NCBI GenBank assembly: GCA_040954595.2
Contig: CM082593.2
Span: forward strand, 10,177,200-10,241,199
DNA length: 64,000 nucleotides
From: Balanoglossus misakiensis
Lineage: Eukaryota > Animalia > Hemichordata
Direction: 5' to 3'
Of this stretch, positions 11,443 to 23,907 are shown one piece after another. Numbering within the stretch: position 1 is the first letter of the stretch; each line of letters opens with the position of its first letter. A model generated the notes under the pieces. The model made no database searches and had not been told where the DNA came from. It was given only the letters and a program-made list of their open reading frames with translations. The position numbers and the translations under genes were made by a program.

Positions 11443-14400
11443 CTACTTGTGTTTTGCTTCGGAGTAAATTTTCATTTTAATGTACTGCTCCACCTCAGCA
11501 ACCTTGCAGTCAAACTTGCTGCATACAATATCTGTGGGGAAACAGAGAAAAATAATTGCTGAATGAAATTGTACTGAACCAAAGCTCAAACCTTAGAGAT
11601 GTCTTTGTTTGCCATACTATATTTTTTTTTCTAAAACCTAACCGCCAGAAACAAAGAACAAACTAAATGAAAATATATCAAGGTTACGGTAGAGAGAATG
11701 GTATATTTGATTTGCAGTCCCTTAAACGCTTTTACAACTTTTTAAAGATGGCCTATCTCATTCCACATACAGGTCTCCATTAGCAGACCAAAGCAGATTT
11801 TGCAAAAGCACTGCAAAATTTGCACCCTATCTACAGCAGGTTACACTATGTTAAAGAGGTATACATCACTGATCACTCCAAATATACAAAATGCCAATAT
11901 ATCTTTGTGTATTCCTATGACCTAAAATAGCAAATTAATAATTGGAGATGATAAGTAACTTAATACCTACATACCTTTAATGGCTCTTATTTTGTCGGCA
12001 TCCAGCGCTGGTTTGGGTAAAGAACCCTTGACTGAGTTGCACACTCTGCCACTATACGAATGAGTCCTGAGTGTTTCCCTATCAAACACCACTGCCATCA
12101 AATCATACGTCATTTTCTTCGCTGTTGATTCGTCAACGCGGCTCAGCTGCTTGGCAGTTACTATCATCTCATCATTGACCAAAATCTGAAAAAGACCAAA
12201 ATAATTGGTAACACTAGAGGCAGACACAAAATAAATATGATTTCTGTCATAGAAAACCTGATAAAATAGAAAGTACAGTAAAAACTCTATCACAGAGTTC
12301 TTACAATACTTTCTATTTTCTATGAAATCAACAGCTCTAACAATACAACCACATTTTCCATGGAAGTAAAGTTGCAGAGCCATGATCTGTTCTAAACAGA
12401 GTTGCAATCATCAGGTCTGCAGATAAATAAACAAAAACTTTATGACCAAAATAATTAAATTCTTTGTTTTGCATCCACTCAGATTTTGATAGGTAAGTGC
12501 ACAAGTTCAGAAACACAGAAATTTTTAACAGGTAAATTTAATATTTACTCGATAGTTTCCATGTAATACAAGCACCTTATCAAGAATCCCAGCAGAAACT
12601 AATTTTTCACCCTGTTAAGTTGCACTCAAATGTGACATTCTGCAAGCATGCAGGTGTTCCAATCACATTTCCCAAAGCATGTATACAAAAAATTTGCAGG
12701 CAGAAAAGTTTTTTTCATGAAATCTCCCAAAACATACACATGCAGAACAAAGAATTTTCTTACTTAGGCCATATGGTTGAACCTAAGAAGCAGAAGTATT
12801 ATTTGAATGACTATGACTATGTCTATGCAGATTCCTGAAATCACACATTCATGATAAATTGAAATAGATATCAACAGTTACCTCTTCACTGTTCAATGGG
12901 GCATCATGTGTTCCACTGGAGTTATTTGTCTTTGAGACTGCAGGTGCACCAGTCTTTACACCAAATGTTCTTTTTACATCAGCAATTTGTCCAAGCAGGC
13001 CAGGTAACTCTATACCATTTGAAAAGATTAGAAAATAGAGGTATAGGACATATGTTCATTGATTTAACTCCAATAGTTCATAGGAAAAGGAATAAAAAAG
13101 AGACAATCCTGGCAAAAAAATATTGTTAACCAATAAGACAGTGGACCATCATCCATAAACAAAATTATTTTAATTGTGGTGAACTGAGATGTTTACATAC
13201 TGACCAGCATTATCAAACTATTGTCAAGTAACTACAAAACACATAGTTTGAGAAAGCTGGTCACAAATGAAGGCTTTCATTGGTGCTGAAAAAGGTAAGT
13301 TACAGCTTGCCCAGCTTAGTCATCATGTACAAGTGAATAAATTAAATGTTTTTCATTTATAAATTAATTATGGTAACATTTTACTTTGTATTTCAAAACA
13401 TATATGGAGTCCTTGATACTTCAATTTCTCGTCAAAAAAATGCTGAAAATGATGTTCTTTTGTGATATTCATGAGTATTTTCAAAAACAATCATTCTGTG
13501 ACATATTTTGGCTGTTGACTTTTGATATTTCTAAAAATAAAACCAAAAGAACACTGACAAAATAATTTGATTCAGCTAAAACCTACTCATTGCATTAAAA
13601 ATATACAAGAACTAAAACAATCCACTGACTTTATTCAATGCGTGTATCAATATTCTTTTACCTTTTAACACTCGAAGAGAATAGCGTAGTGCAGCATTTT
13701 CCTCCTTCAATTCCCTTATTTCTTGGTGTAGCTTGTCCTCATCATAGCCTTCTGAGCCACTGGACACTGGTGTTGAAGCACGGAATGAACTCTAGAATGC
13801 AGAGGAACATTAATGAAATAGACTAAAAATCACAGTTGTCAACAATAACAACACAGTTCATACATGGATTTCAACATGCTTGTGATATTTACCCATCAAC
13901 AGCACTGAACTGCAGTCACTTTTTGATGGAAATATTATTAGTTTCAATAATTGCATAACTTTGCTCACATTTTAAAGATACATTTTGCAGGGGTTGCGTT
14001 AACCCCATATTTTGCTTCCCGAACTTTTCAGGGGGACTCTTACTTTTTACACAGAGGGGTCCCATCTCTCACATAAATACAAAAATTTTAATTTCCTGTC
14101 TTTAATTTCATGTGACAGGGACTCATTCTGAGCAAACACTAGTGCAATCCCTGTTTCATAATTAAGCCACACAAGCTCACAACACTCTCTTATACGTCAG
14201 CATTATTTTAGCTTTTGTGCAAGTTTGGAAGTAAAAGTATATGCTTCAGGGGCAGAAATTGTAGCGTATGACATTGCCAGTACTTACAGACTTAAGTGAC
14301 TGGACATCCTCCTCCATTTTTTTACGAACTTCAGATGTCTTCTTGCTTTCTAACTTTCTCAGCAAATTTAAAGACGAATTCTTTTGGCTGATCTTCTTTT

Positions 14401-15270
14401 TTTTTATTCAAGTTATTTTTTTCCTGAAAAAGAAATGAAATGATTATTGTGAGATACTTCTGAACACTTGGCATGGAGTTTTGAAAATGGGTGTTTATAT
14501 TGACAACGAGAAATTAATATCATCTGTACCTAGATAAATCATATTGAATTCTGCATCAGCCACATGGTAGTTAAATATCAACTTACCGGTACATAATCAT
14601 CTTCATCATCTTCGCTGTCGGTGTAGATTCTCTTTGGTGCCTTTTCACGTTTCCCCCGTCCATATTCTGGAGTCTTAATGTTTGTGTTCACCCCTTTTTT
14701 GACATAGACGTTGGCTAGTCGCAACAGCTCCTGCCTGTCATCTGTAAAGATAAACATTATGACCTGGTTGTGAAAAACACACACACACACAACTGAATGA
14801 GAAACTTTTGCTGACGATCAAAAATGCACAACACAAACCACGTAAAAAATTGTGTCACAAAGTAAAACAAAGGGGTTGCTGGCTTTCCTGGCAACTTGTT
14901 TTGTTATGCAAATAGTATAACAATGAACAGGAAGTAAACAAGCTGTGTTTGGTTCAAGGGAGCCCAAGACCCTGGGATCGAGATAAAGGTAACTTTCTAC
15001 AATGAACGTCTTCAACATTGGGAAATGTTTCTACCTGACACGTTTTTTTTGAGTTTTGAAAAAATCCAAACAATTCTTACCGCTAAACTTGATAACTCTT
15101 GCTACATATCTCGCCGGATCTCTTCCTGCCTTCTTTGATGGCCACTGGACAGCACAATCTTCGTCGAAGTCAAAACTCATAACGTCGTCTTCATCGAGAT
15201 CTTCTATCCAATTCGTCTCACCAACTTCAACACTCTTTTCTTCGTAAAAATCAAATAAAGCGTACTTCAT
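11443..15270 (-). CDS. Transposon-encoded BEN-domain protein (~345 aa; N-terminal domain, basic/acidic linker, coiled coil, C-terminal BEN), one +1 frameshift in exon 3
   Basis: Seven GT-AG exons: 15270-15081, 14741-14587, 14423-14288, 13791-13662, 13009-12882, 12185-11975, 11531-11443 (TAG). Phases match once one extra base in an A run of exon 3 is removed. Coiled coil KLHQEIRELKEENAALRYSL. BEN pattern MTYDLMAVVFDRETLRTHSYSG...KPALDADKIRAIKDIVCSKF...IKMKI. AATAAA on the - strand at 11349-11354. Confidence 0.82.
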
Positions 15271-15709
15271 GGTGACTAGATCGACGTTCGTAAATAGAGA
15301 AATCTTAAGCGGAGCTGGTAGCGAGTGACGCGTGGTGTGTCTTCGGTGGTTACTGAATCAGCTGTAAAAGGTCAGGAGTTCGCCGACTATTTATTTACCT
15401 TGATGCATGCTGGGTAAGAAATGCGGGCGTTTATGAGAAGAGTCAAAGGTCATGCAGTAGGTCATGTGATTTTAAAATACAGCATTTCTTAGAGCTGAGA
15501 TGTTATTTGAAAAAAAAACACGTTAAGATATCATTCACTTTATTTTGAAACGCCAAAATTCACCTTAAAGTAGTACCACAGATCGATCGGAACGTTAAAA
15601 TTTGTACTTGAGATGATGCCATATCTATCACCCAGCATGCACCGCAGTCACCGACGCTTGCACAGCTGATTCACTAGATCATCAGATCGCTGTTCGTCGC
15701 AGAAGAGAC
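15271..15709. promoter_or_regulatory. Bidirectional promoter with mirror-image Staf/ZNF143-like and E-box motifs
   Basis: 439 bp between the two ATGs. TGAATCAGCTGT (15354) pairs with ACAGCTGATTCA (15662); TGCATGCTGGGT (15404) pairs with ACCCAGCATGCA (15630). CACCCAGCATGCACCGCA fits the Staf consensus YWCCCRNMATSCMYYRCR as recalled. Confidence 0.6.
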
Positions 15710-18700
15710 ATGTCGAGGGTCGTGCGCGGTCCATACAAGTGTTACCTAAATGATACCGAAGTCAGTATTCCAAAGAGAACCTTGTTTAGATGGCGAATTC
15801 GCGATAAACATGGTTTAGAGGTAAGTGTAGCTCTTTTTTACCACGGCCTGAAGTATGCGCCGCGCTTGCTGCAGCTGCAGTTCCGTAGCCTGCAACATTC
15901 CTCGATGTGTGTGTGTTACGGAAAGGTGCCCCTTCCGTAACACACACATCGAGGAAAGTTGCTGGCTACGGAACTGCAGCAAGCGCCGGGCGAAAACTGG
16001 CATTGTCTGTCATTTCTCGGTGATTGTTATAATTATAGGGTGTCATAGGTAGTGTATGCATTTTATTTCTGTTCTTTTTGGTTTTATTAAAGTCCAAAAG
16101 GCTAGCTTGTACATCTCCAACTCTTTGTCTAAATATAGCAGCATTTATGCTGCTGCAGTATTTTTTTAATTGAAAAATAATTTAGTACTACGAATATTGA
16201 GGGAAAAAAACAAAAAAAAACAGGTCATTACTGACACCAGCCTACTTTTCTTTATAAGAACTATTAAAGCATTAGCACTTTCCTCTGAGATTTAGAATCA
16301 AATGATGTAATATGCATTATGTAGTCCCGCTATACTGAAATACATATCTTAACCACATTCTATTCATATCTTTCAGACTGATGATATCGCCATCGAAACT
16401 GACAGTTGTTCTGTAAATAGTGACTACCAATCTGAAAGTGGCAATGATGAATATTTATATGATGGTAACGCCTCTCATGACAGTTATCGAAGTGGACTAA
16501 CTTTCTCTCACAGAGATACAGACATTGATGAATACAGCACTACAGAACCAGACACAGATGACTATTTATCAGCCGACGAAACATCAGATGATCAGACATC
16601 ATTCATCATAGATGACCAAGTACCAGCTCAGGAAACGTCACATGTCAACTTACTGAGTGACGGAAGTGGAGAGATTGAAGAAAGTGAAGAAATTATACAC
16701 ACACGCATATCAAACAAAAACACTAATGGGACGGGCACAGGAGAAAGTGGTGATGAATTGGTAGGTTCTGCTTTTGACTTTAAAAATTTTATGGTTGCCA
16801 ATTTGAATTTTGTGCGGTAACTTACCTTAATCACTTATGATCTATGACTTTTTACATTATTTTGATGATTTACTTTCAAAGTAAGTGTACTTACTGAAGG
16901 GTGTGCATTTACAACTTGAAAAAGTGGACATGGTGCAATATACACATTGATTCCTTGACAGAAACATGACAGTGATACACACCAAAATGTCTCTATTCTT
17001 TTAGCAATGTGACCAACTTTTGATCATCGGAAATTTAAAAATTGTTTATTTGTTTAGCTATTACAACATCGTTTAGTATTCCACTAATCAATCTGTTTTA
17101 TATGTTAATGCAACTTAATACACATCGTTATTATAAAATACAAGTATGAAAGCTAGTGTCTCTATGGTTGTGAATGCATTTATTTTAATTCTCAAGGAGG
17201 CCTATTATTTAGAGCATGACCCCTGTTTTCAAAATCTGGTGATCAATGCATAAGAGATCAGAGCCTGTTTTCACAAGGTCAAATCAAGGTTAAATGTGTC
17301 AGTCCTGTGAGTGTGACCATTGCATTGTTCATGTTATTTCTGGTTGTCCTATTTTTCTAAATGTACTACTATTTTTCTAATTCTCAGGGAGCTGAAGAAG
17401 GAACTGGAGAGATGAATGTCACAACAGAACAGCTTTGTCTACTTCTCCAGGCTTTTGTCCTCAGACACCGACTTACGAAAGATGCTCTCAAAGACTTGTT
17501 GCACGTCATTAACCTGATAGCACCAGAAACTGTACCAGCAACACCATACTTTTTTAAGAACTGTTTTGCTGAGACAGCTGTGTCGTGTAAGAAGCACTTC
17601 TATTGCTGTAGTTGTATGGCATATCTTGGTGCCGAGGGCGAAATTCAAACTGACACCACTTGTGGTAGCTGTAATGAGCCTTTCAGTGAGCAAATATCTG
17701 TAGCAAATAACAATTTTTTCATTGTAATGCCAATCAAGGACCAACTTGTAGATTTATTAGAAAATCAGAATATTATTAGTGAATTGTCAGTTTCAACTTT
17801 ATTGGATGGCTCCATTTATCAAGATCTCCTTGAAAATGGTATCATAAGAGATAATGACTTAACCCTTCTCTGGAATTGTGATGGGGTCCCTGCCTTTAAG
17901 TCCTCTGGTTTCTCAATATGGCCCATTCAGTGTGTAGTGACAGAACTGACTCCAAAATGTCAAAAACAAAATATTCTCATGCCTGGCCTATGGTTTGGTC
18001 AATCCAAACCACAGATGGATTGTTTTTTGGCACCATTTGGTGAAGAATGTGTGAAATTGGGTAATGATGGTTTTACCTGGAGAAATCAAAGTTCTGGTGA
18101 GATAATCACAACATGTGTCCATGTGTTATTGTGTTCTTCTGATTCAGCTGCCAGGCCTTTGATGCGCAATTGCAAACAGTATAATTGGCAGTATGGATGT
18201 GACTGGTGCCTGCACCCAGGGGAATACATAGCAAAGGGCAATGGTCATGCACGTGTATATAGTGTACAGGATCTTCCTCATCCTGAGTTGAGGAATAACG
18301 ATCAGTATGAGGATTGTTGTAGGCAGGCGGTTGAAAGAGACCGACCAATATTGGGTGTGAAGGGACCCAGTGTGTGTATGTTGCTTCCCAATTTCGACAT
18401 TGTGAAAGGGTTTGTTCCTGATTATTTGCATTGTGTTTTATTAGGGGTTGTCAGGCAAATCACCTCACTTTGGCTTGACAGTGAAAACAAGCAGAAACCC
18501 TGGTACTTAGCCCCTGCTAAACAACGTGTAATTAATTCCCGTTTGGTGCAGCAGTTTCCTCCAAATGAAATAACCAGGACACCACGATCGTTAGATTACA
18601 GAAAGTATTGGAAAGGTTCGGAGTGGAGGGCATTTCTCCTTTTCTATTCTTTAATTGTTCTGAGAGGTGTGTTACCTGCAGTTTTTTCTGAACCATTGGT

Positions 18701-19604
18701 TTTTGCTGGTTTTTGGAATCCACACGTTACTTCAGGAAAAAGTAACAGCCCGCTCTGTTGATCTGGCAGAGCAGGCAATCAGAAAGTTTGTGACTCAAAC
18801 TGAATGCCTTTATGGGAAAGAAGTGATGTCATTTAATATGCACATTCTACTGCATTTGTCTAGTAGTGTTAGGGAATGGGCACCTCTCTGGGCTACATCT
18901 TCCTTTGTGTTTGAAAGTCACAATGGTGTAATCATGAAGCTATTTCAGGGTACTCAAAGTGTGCCTTCACAGATATCAAACACATTCTGTCTGTGGAGAG
19001 ATTTATCAAGAAGATCCACAATTATACCACAGGATAGTGATCTGAGGCCACTATTTGACAAATTGTCTAGAGGAATTGTGCATTTAAAGAGGGACTTTCA
19101 TAGCTGCTCAGGGGTTGTGGCCATGGGAGCTGCTGACAAACGGATATAAGATTGACAGACAGGTTAGCTGTAGAGGAGGCTGTGGGCCACCCTATCTTGA
19201 ATGTGAACGCCAAATATTACAAGAGATTCACTATATCAGGTGCTGTGTTCACAACAAGTAGCTACACTAGGGCAGCAAAGAGAACGAACCATTATTTTCA
19301 GGGACAAGATGAGCAATTGTATGTAATAAGAAACCTTGTAATTCTTAGGCTAGGTTGCATATGCCAAGGTGATTGTCACTGTAATGAAAGATCATTCCTG
19401 ATAGCCAGTAGGTGTTTAAGTGGGAGGTCAATGTTTGTTGACAATGAAATTGGCATACAGTGTACACATGTAAAACCACTGCGTGAGATTTCACATGAAA
19501 GAATTGCTGTGCGACCGTCGTTTTTGAGACGTAAATGTGTAGTTCTTGGAATGGGTGAGTCAATTTACCTCTCACCACTCCCCAACCCTTTTGAAAGGGA
19601 CTGA
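15710..19604 (+). CDS. EnSpm/CACTA (Tnp2, Transposase_21-like) DDE transposase, 3 exons, two frameshifts
   Basis: Exons 15710-15820 (RGPYKCYL...IPKRTLFRW), 16377-16760 (acidic) and 17388-19604, all joined in phase 0. Motifs CCSC..CGSC, WNCDGVPAFKSS..SIWP, DSAAR, YGCDWC, PDYLHCVLLGV, WKGSEW, FNMHILLHL, PLWATSSFVFESHNG, C-terminal PNPFERD. Frameshifts at ~18682 (T6 run) and ~19147. AATAAA at 19741. Confidence 0.92.
15862..15986. repeat. Near-perfect ~60-bp-arm inverted repeat in transposase intron 1
   Basis: GCGCTTGCTGCAG..TTCCGTAGCC..CCTCGATGTGTGTGTGTTACGGAA / TTCCGTAACACACACATCGAGG..GGCTACGGAACTGCAGCAAGCGC. Confidence 0.85.
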
Positions 19605-19930
19605 TAAGGGCTGCAAAAAAAGTCTGTAGGTAGCAAACACTTACCCCAGTACTGTAGTTGAGAGTCCGTTTCTTCTGATTTGTATTTATATACAGATTTG
19701 TATATGTACCAGTGTTTTGCAGATATCATTTTGAAATTGTAATAAATGAATTATTTACAGAGACATATTTGTCAAGTATTCATTCACAATATAAAATAGA
19801 ATGATTAAGAATGAATAGCTGTGTGTTTGAGCTGAATGTATACTGGTATCTGTTTGCTCGGGGTGAACTGGTTACTTTCCATGGCCAAACGATACAATCT
19901 TCGCCTAAATCAAAATCCTTAGCGTCCGGT

Positions 19931-21157
19931 CATGGTTGGCAATATTTTTCAATAGAAAATCTATTGACGGCAATAGAATTCAATAGAGACAGTGGATTTT
20001 TGTTAAAATACACTGTTCACATTGAAATGTATGTAGTTGGGGCAAACCTGACAAACTCTTTGTCATTTTGTGATGATTATGTGCACACATTTGCTAAAAA
20101 CTAGGGGAAAATGTTTCTTTCACCTATTTCATGGTTGGCAATATTTTTCAATAGAAAATCTATTGACAGCAATAAAATTCAATAGAGTCAGTGGATTTTT
20201 GTTAAAATACACTGTTCACAGTGAAATGTATGTAGTTGGGCCAAACCTGACAAATTCATTTGTCGTTTTGTGTTGATTATGTGCACACATTTGCTAAAAA
20301 CTAGGGGAAAATGTTTCTTTCACCTATTTCATAGTTGGCAATATTTTTCAATAGAAAATCTATTGACGGCAATAGAATTCAATAGAGACAGTGGATTTTT
20401 GTTAAAATACACTGTTCACAGTGAAATGTATGTAGTTGGGGCAAACCTGACAAATTCCTTTGTCATTTTGTGATGATTATGTGCACACATTTGCTAAAAA
20501 CTAGGGAAAAATATTTCTTTCAACCATTTCAAGGTTGACAATATTTTTCAATAGAAAATCTATTGACGGCAATAGAATTCAATAGAGTCAGTGGATTTTT
20601 GTTAAAATACACTGTTCACAGTGAAATATATGTAGTTGGGCCAAACCTGACAAATTCATTTGTCGTTTTGTGTTGATTATGTGCACACATTTGCTAAAAA
20701 CTAGGGGAAAATGTTTCTTTCACCTATTTCATGGTTGGCAATATTTTTCAATAGAAAATCTATTGACGGCAATAGAATTCAATAGAGACAGTGGATTTTT
20801 GTTAAAATACACTGTTCACAGTGAAATGTATGTAGTTGGGGCAAACCTGACAAATTCCTTTGTCGTTTTGTGTTGATTATGTGCACACATTTGCTAAAAA
20901 CTAGGGGAAAATGTTTCTTTCACCTATTTCATGGTTGGCAATATTTTTCAATAGAAAATCTATTGACATCAATAGAATTCAATAGAGTCTGTGGATTTCT
21001 GTTAAAATATACTTTGTTCACAGTGAAATATGTGTAATGGGGGCAAATCTTACAAATTGCTTTGTCATTGTATGATAATCATGTTAAAACCTATTAAAAA
21101 TAATTTTTCACTTATTTCATGCTAGGTAATATTTTCAATAGAAAATCTATTGACGGC
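19931..21157. repeat. Right subterminal array of ~200-bp tandem repeats (~6 units)
   Basis: CATGGTTGGCAATATTTTTCAATAGAAAATCTATTGAC, or a close variant, recurs at ~19931, 20130, 20330, 20530, 20730 and 20930, with a degenerate copy at ~21118. Confidence 0.92.
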
Positions 21158-21548
21158 TAGTTTAATGGAAATCATCTGTATAATTCTATAGAAAATAATA
21201 TTCTATTGATTTTCTATTGAATTCTACACGTTTCTATAGAGGTCTATAGAGTTCTATAGAACCTTTTTCGGAAGGGTTGAAATGTGTTTTACATCTAAAT
21301 GCATCGTTTTGGGAACATTTTCTAGTATGTATGTGATTATTAAATTGAACTTGTATATTTGCTGGGGCAACTAAATTTTCAGTAAAGATAAGGAATGCCC
21401 AATGTTCGGATTGTCTTCAAAAAGATGACAACAACTCAAGTCTCAAAAACTCTTTTGTTTTTAAGTTTGAATTGTAGTTGTCACATCATTAACGACTTCA
21501 CATGTGAATGCCAAATTTCGATTCTTAGCAAATGTTGTATTTTCACAG

Positions 21549-21702
21549 AGAGGAGTCCATTTCTCAATCATATCACCCCGCAAACTGCCTGAACTCCAAA
21601 AACTTAACTTCAAAGCATATGGTGAAGTACAGATGGTACCAATGAAGGATTATGCGGCTGATCCACACCACATGATACTTCTCAAAGGTTATCAACTTGC
21701 AG
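21549..21702 (+). pseudogene. MED25: MED25 VWA exon, copy 1 (open)
   Basis: cacag|RGVHFSIISPRKLPELQKLNFKAYGEVQMVPMKDYAADPHHMILLKGYQLA|gtaggt. Confidence 0.88.
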
Positions 21703-22245
21703 GTAGGTATCTGTTGCTACGCAAATATTTGCAATCATACCATGATCTAGATTCTAAAGTTCACTGGTCAAATATATAACTTGTTTACGTGGTCATTTAC
21801 AACCAATTCATCATTTTGTGGTTTGTTAAGATTTTCAGTACTCTAAATTGGTACTTCAATAAAATGGTTGTAATATATTTATTAATATTTATTACACATC
21901 ACGTATTATTATGCGCTCCTGGTTGGCTAATACTAAATATGACAGAAATTCATGACCTGTGCACACGATCTGAGGCTTATGGAAGTTATTGTCGTGAGTG
22001 ATGCAGTGTATTCTGTTGCAGTACTTTCACAAGCCAGCCTATTATTCCCCATCATTTCATTGCATGGCCAATTAATTACACATCCTCCTGAAAATTGTTG
22101 GAAGGTGGGCAATCAATTTCCATGGTTACATCCTGGATGAAACACTGGTACAGGTTCAAGACAAGTTTAGTGACATTGTGTGAATCCACAGCAGAATTTC
22201 ACATAAACTGTATAATCCTCCATTTTTGTAATGATTGTGTTTCAG

Positions 22246-23609
22246 AAAAATCTGTGTCAAGTGGTGATACAAAAGAGGTTGCCATAGTGAAACCTACTAC
22301 CATAGTAACCACTTCAGTGTCTACAACCACTACCACAACACAGCCACTGAAACCTGCAAACAGTTACCATGGTTACAAGGGCCTAGCTCTGGTATGACCT
22401 CAAATCCTCTCAAATCAACTGTTGGAAGTTCATCTTTAGGTAAAGTCTCCAGTGTTGCTTCCCAGCCATTGTCAAATTAAGTCCACACACAATTAGACCA
22501 CCAAGTGTAGTGTGAGATATAGTAGAATTATTAAGAGTATTGCCGTGTTGATCTTCAGTACAATATGAGTTAAAGTTATATAGCACTTTGTGATCAGAAA
22601 TTGACTCAACCAAGTCAACCCCAGATGCAGGGCCAAGGTAGAGGATATCGGTGCAGTTAGTGAAATATGAGAATGCAAAATTTAAGTGTAGCGTAACAGC
22701 TGTCTCCTTTGATATGCGAACATTTCCTGTCACAGAAAATTCCCGTTTTACAGTATATAAATATATCAACTAGATATTTTTACTGCAGGTGCCACACCAA
22801 GTCATCTGTCACCTGGACAACCAAGTCAAATTGGAAGTCCGTCTCCACAACATCTGTCATCCTCTCAACAGAAACTGAGTCAGTCCCAGATGCAGGGCCA
22901 AGGTCAAAGATCATCAATGCCTTTTGCCCAGCCTACCAGTTTACCAAACCAACCAGTATCCACTGTCACAGCAAACAGGACACAACAACCCAATGTGACT
23001 GTTTCAAGTATCCCCATGAGACAATTTTGTCCACCCAGGTACAGTTGTGGTCTACCTTCTACTTTATGAGATTCAAATTAGCTGTTTCTAGTTACCCATC
23101 CTGTGAATTGAAAGCTTTTTATGACTGTTTCACATAGCCTTGTGTTACCATTTTCTATACAGTAAACTATTGTTTCAAAACACATTCAAAACTTCTGTTT
23201 TGGTTGCTAGAAACCCACTCTGTGAATGCAAAGACTCTTTTGGATAATGCCAGAGACTCAGTGATCAATTTCAATTTTTAATGAGATGTGTGTTGAAAAT
23301 AGGACTTTGAGAGTTGCAAGCTCAACATCGAATCAAAAATTGAAGTCATGAATTTAAAATGGGGTTTTGAATACTGGCCTTGATAATGCTTCATATTAAC
23401 TAGGTTTGTTACTCTTTTTGGACAGGCAACTTCACCACCAAAGATGACTTCCCAGCATGCACCAGCTGCTGCACTGAAAGCCACAGAGGGTGTCATGCAA
23501 ATGGTAAATGCTAGTCAGTTCAGTAAGATGCCACCAATTGCTGCTGTGAATTCTATCAACTCACAGCCAGAGCAGAGATGGCCGGGTACAGATTCAAAGC
23601 CACAAAGAG
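22246..23609 (+). pseudogene. MED25: MED25 low-complexity S/T/P/Q exons, copy 1 (22246-22439, 22789-23038, 23426-23609)
   Basis: GT-AG-bounded exons KSVSSGDTKEV..TTTTTT, ATPSHLSPGQPSQ.., ATSPPKMTSQHAPAAALKATEGV. The first has a 2-bp deletion relative to copy 2. Confidence 0.7.
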
Positions 23610-23907
23610 GTAGGTACAGTCAAACCTGTCTATACTGGCCAGTCAAGGGACTTCCAAAACTGACATTTATAGACAGGTGGCTTCTATAGACAGGTCAATA
23701 AATGTGCAATGTACATGTACATGAAATGAAACAAAGTTGCCACTACATAGAGGTTGCAACAAACACATAGTTGACTGTCATATATGTTATGTTGCCATGG
23801 CAGTCATTTACCATGAGTTCGATTATACATTGCCAAAACCGGAGGAAAAAATATTCAAGTTCCCCTTTTCATATTCTCCATCAATGGTATAATACGCCAG
23901 TGTCATG

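Larger units (their letters stand above)
10148..21276. mobile_element. EnSpm/CACTA (CMC superfamily) DNA transposon, 11.1 kb, two divergent genes
   Basis: Left end CCCTTACGAAAAAGTTCTATAGAACT; right end AGTTCTATAGAACCTTTTTCGGAAGGG. TT on both flanks, and the empty site at ~25490 (CTTTGATTGATTGACATGTG) has a single TT. Encodes a Tnp2-family transposase. Confidence 0.92.
8121..23907 (+). repeat. Tandem segmental duplication, copy 1 (contains the 11.1-kb EnSpm insertion)
   Basis: Begins ACCACACACAACTTC and is collinear with 23908-28975 through introns and five MED25 exons; ends CAGTGTCATG. Confidence 0.9.

Noticed and set aside
19811-20876. Repeated 67-97-aa ORFs
   Set aside because: They are by-products of the 200-bp tandem array downstream of the transposase polyA signal.
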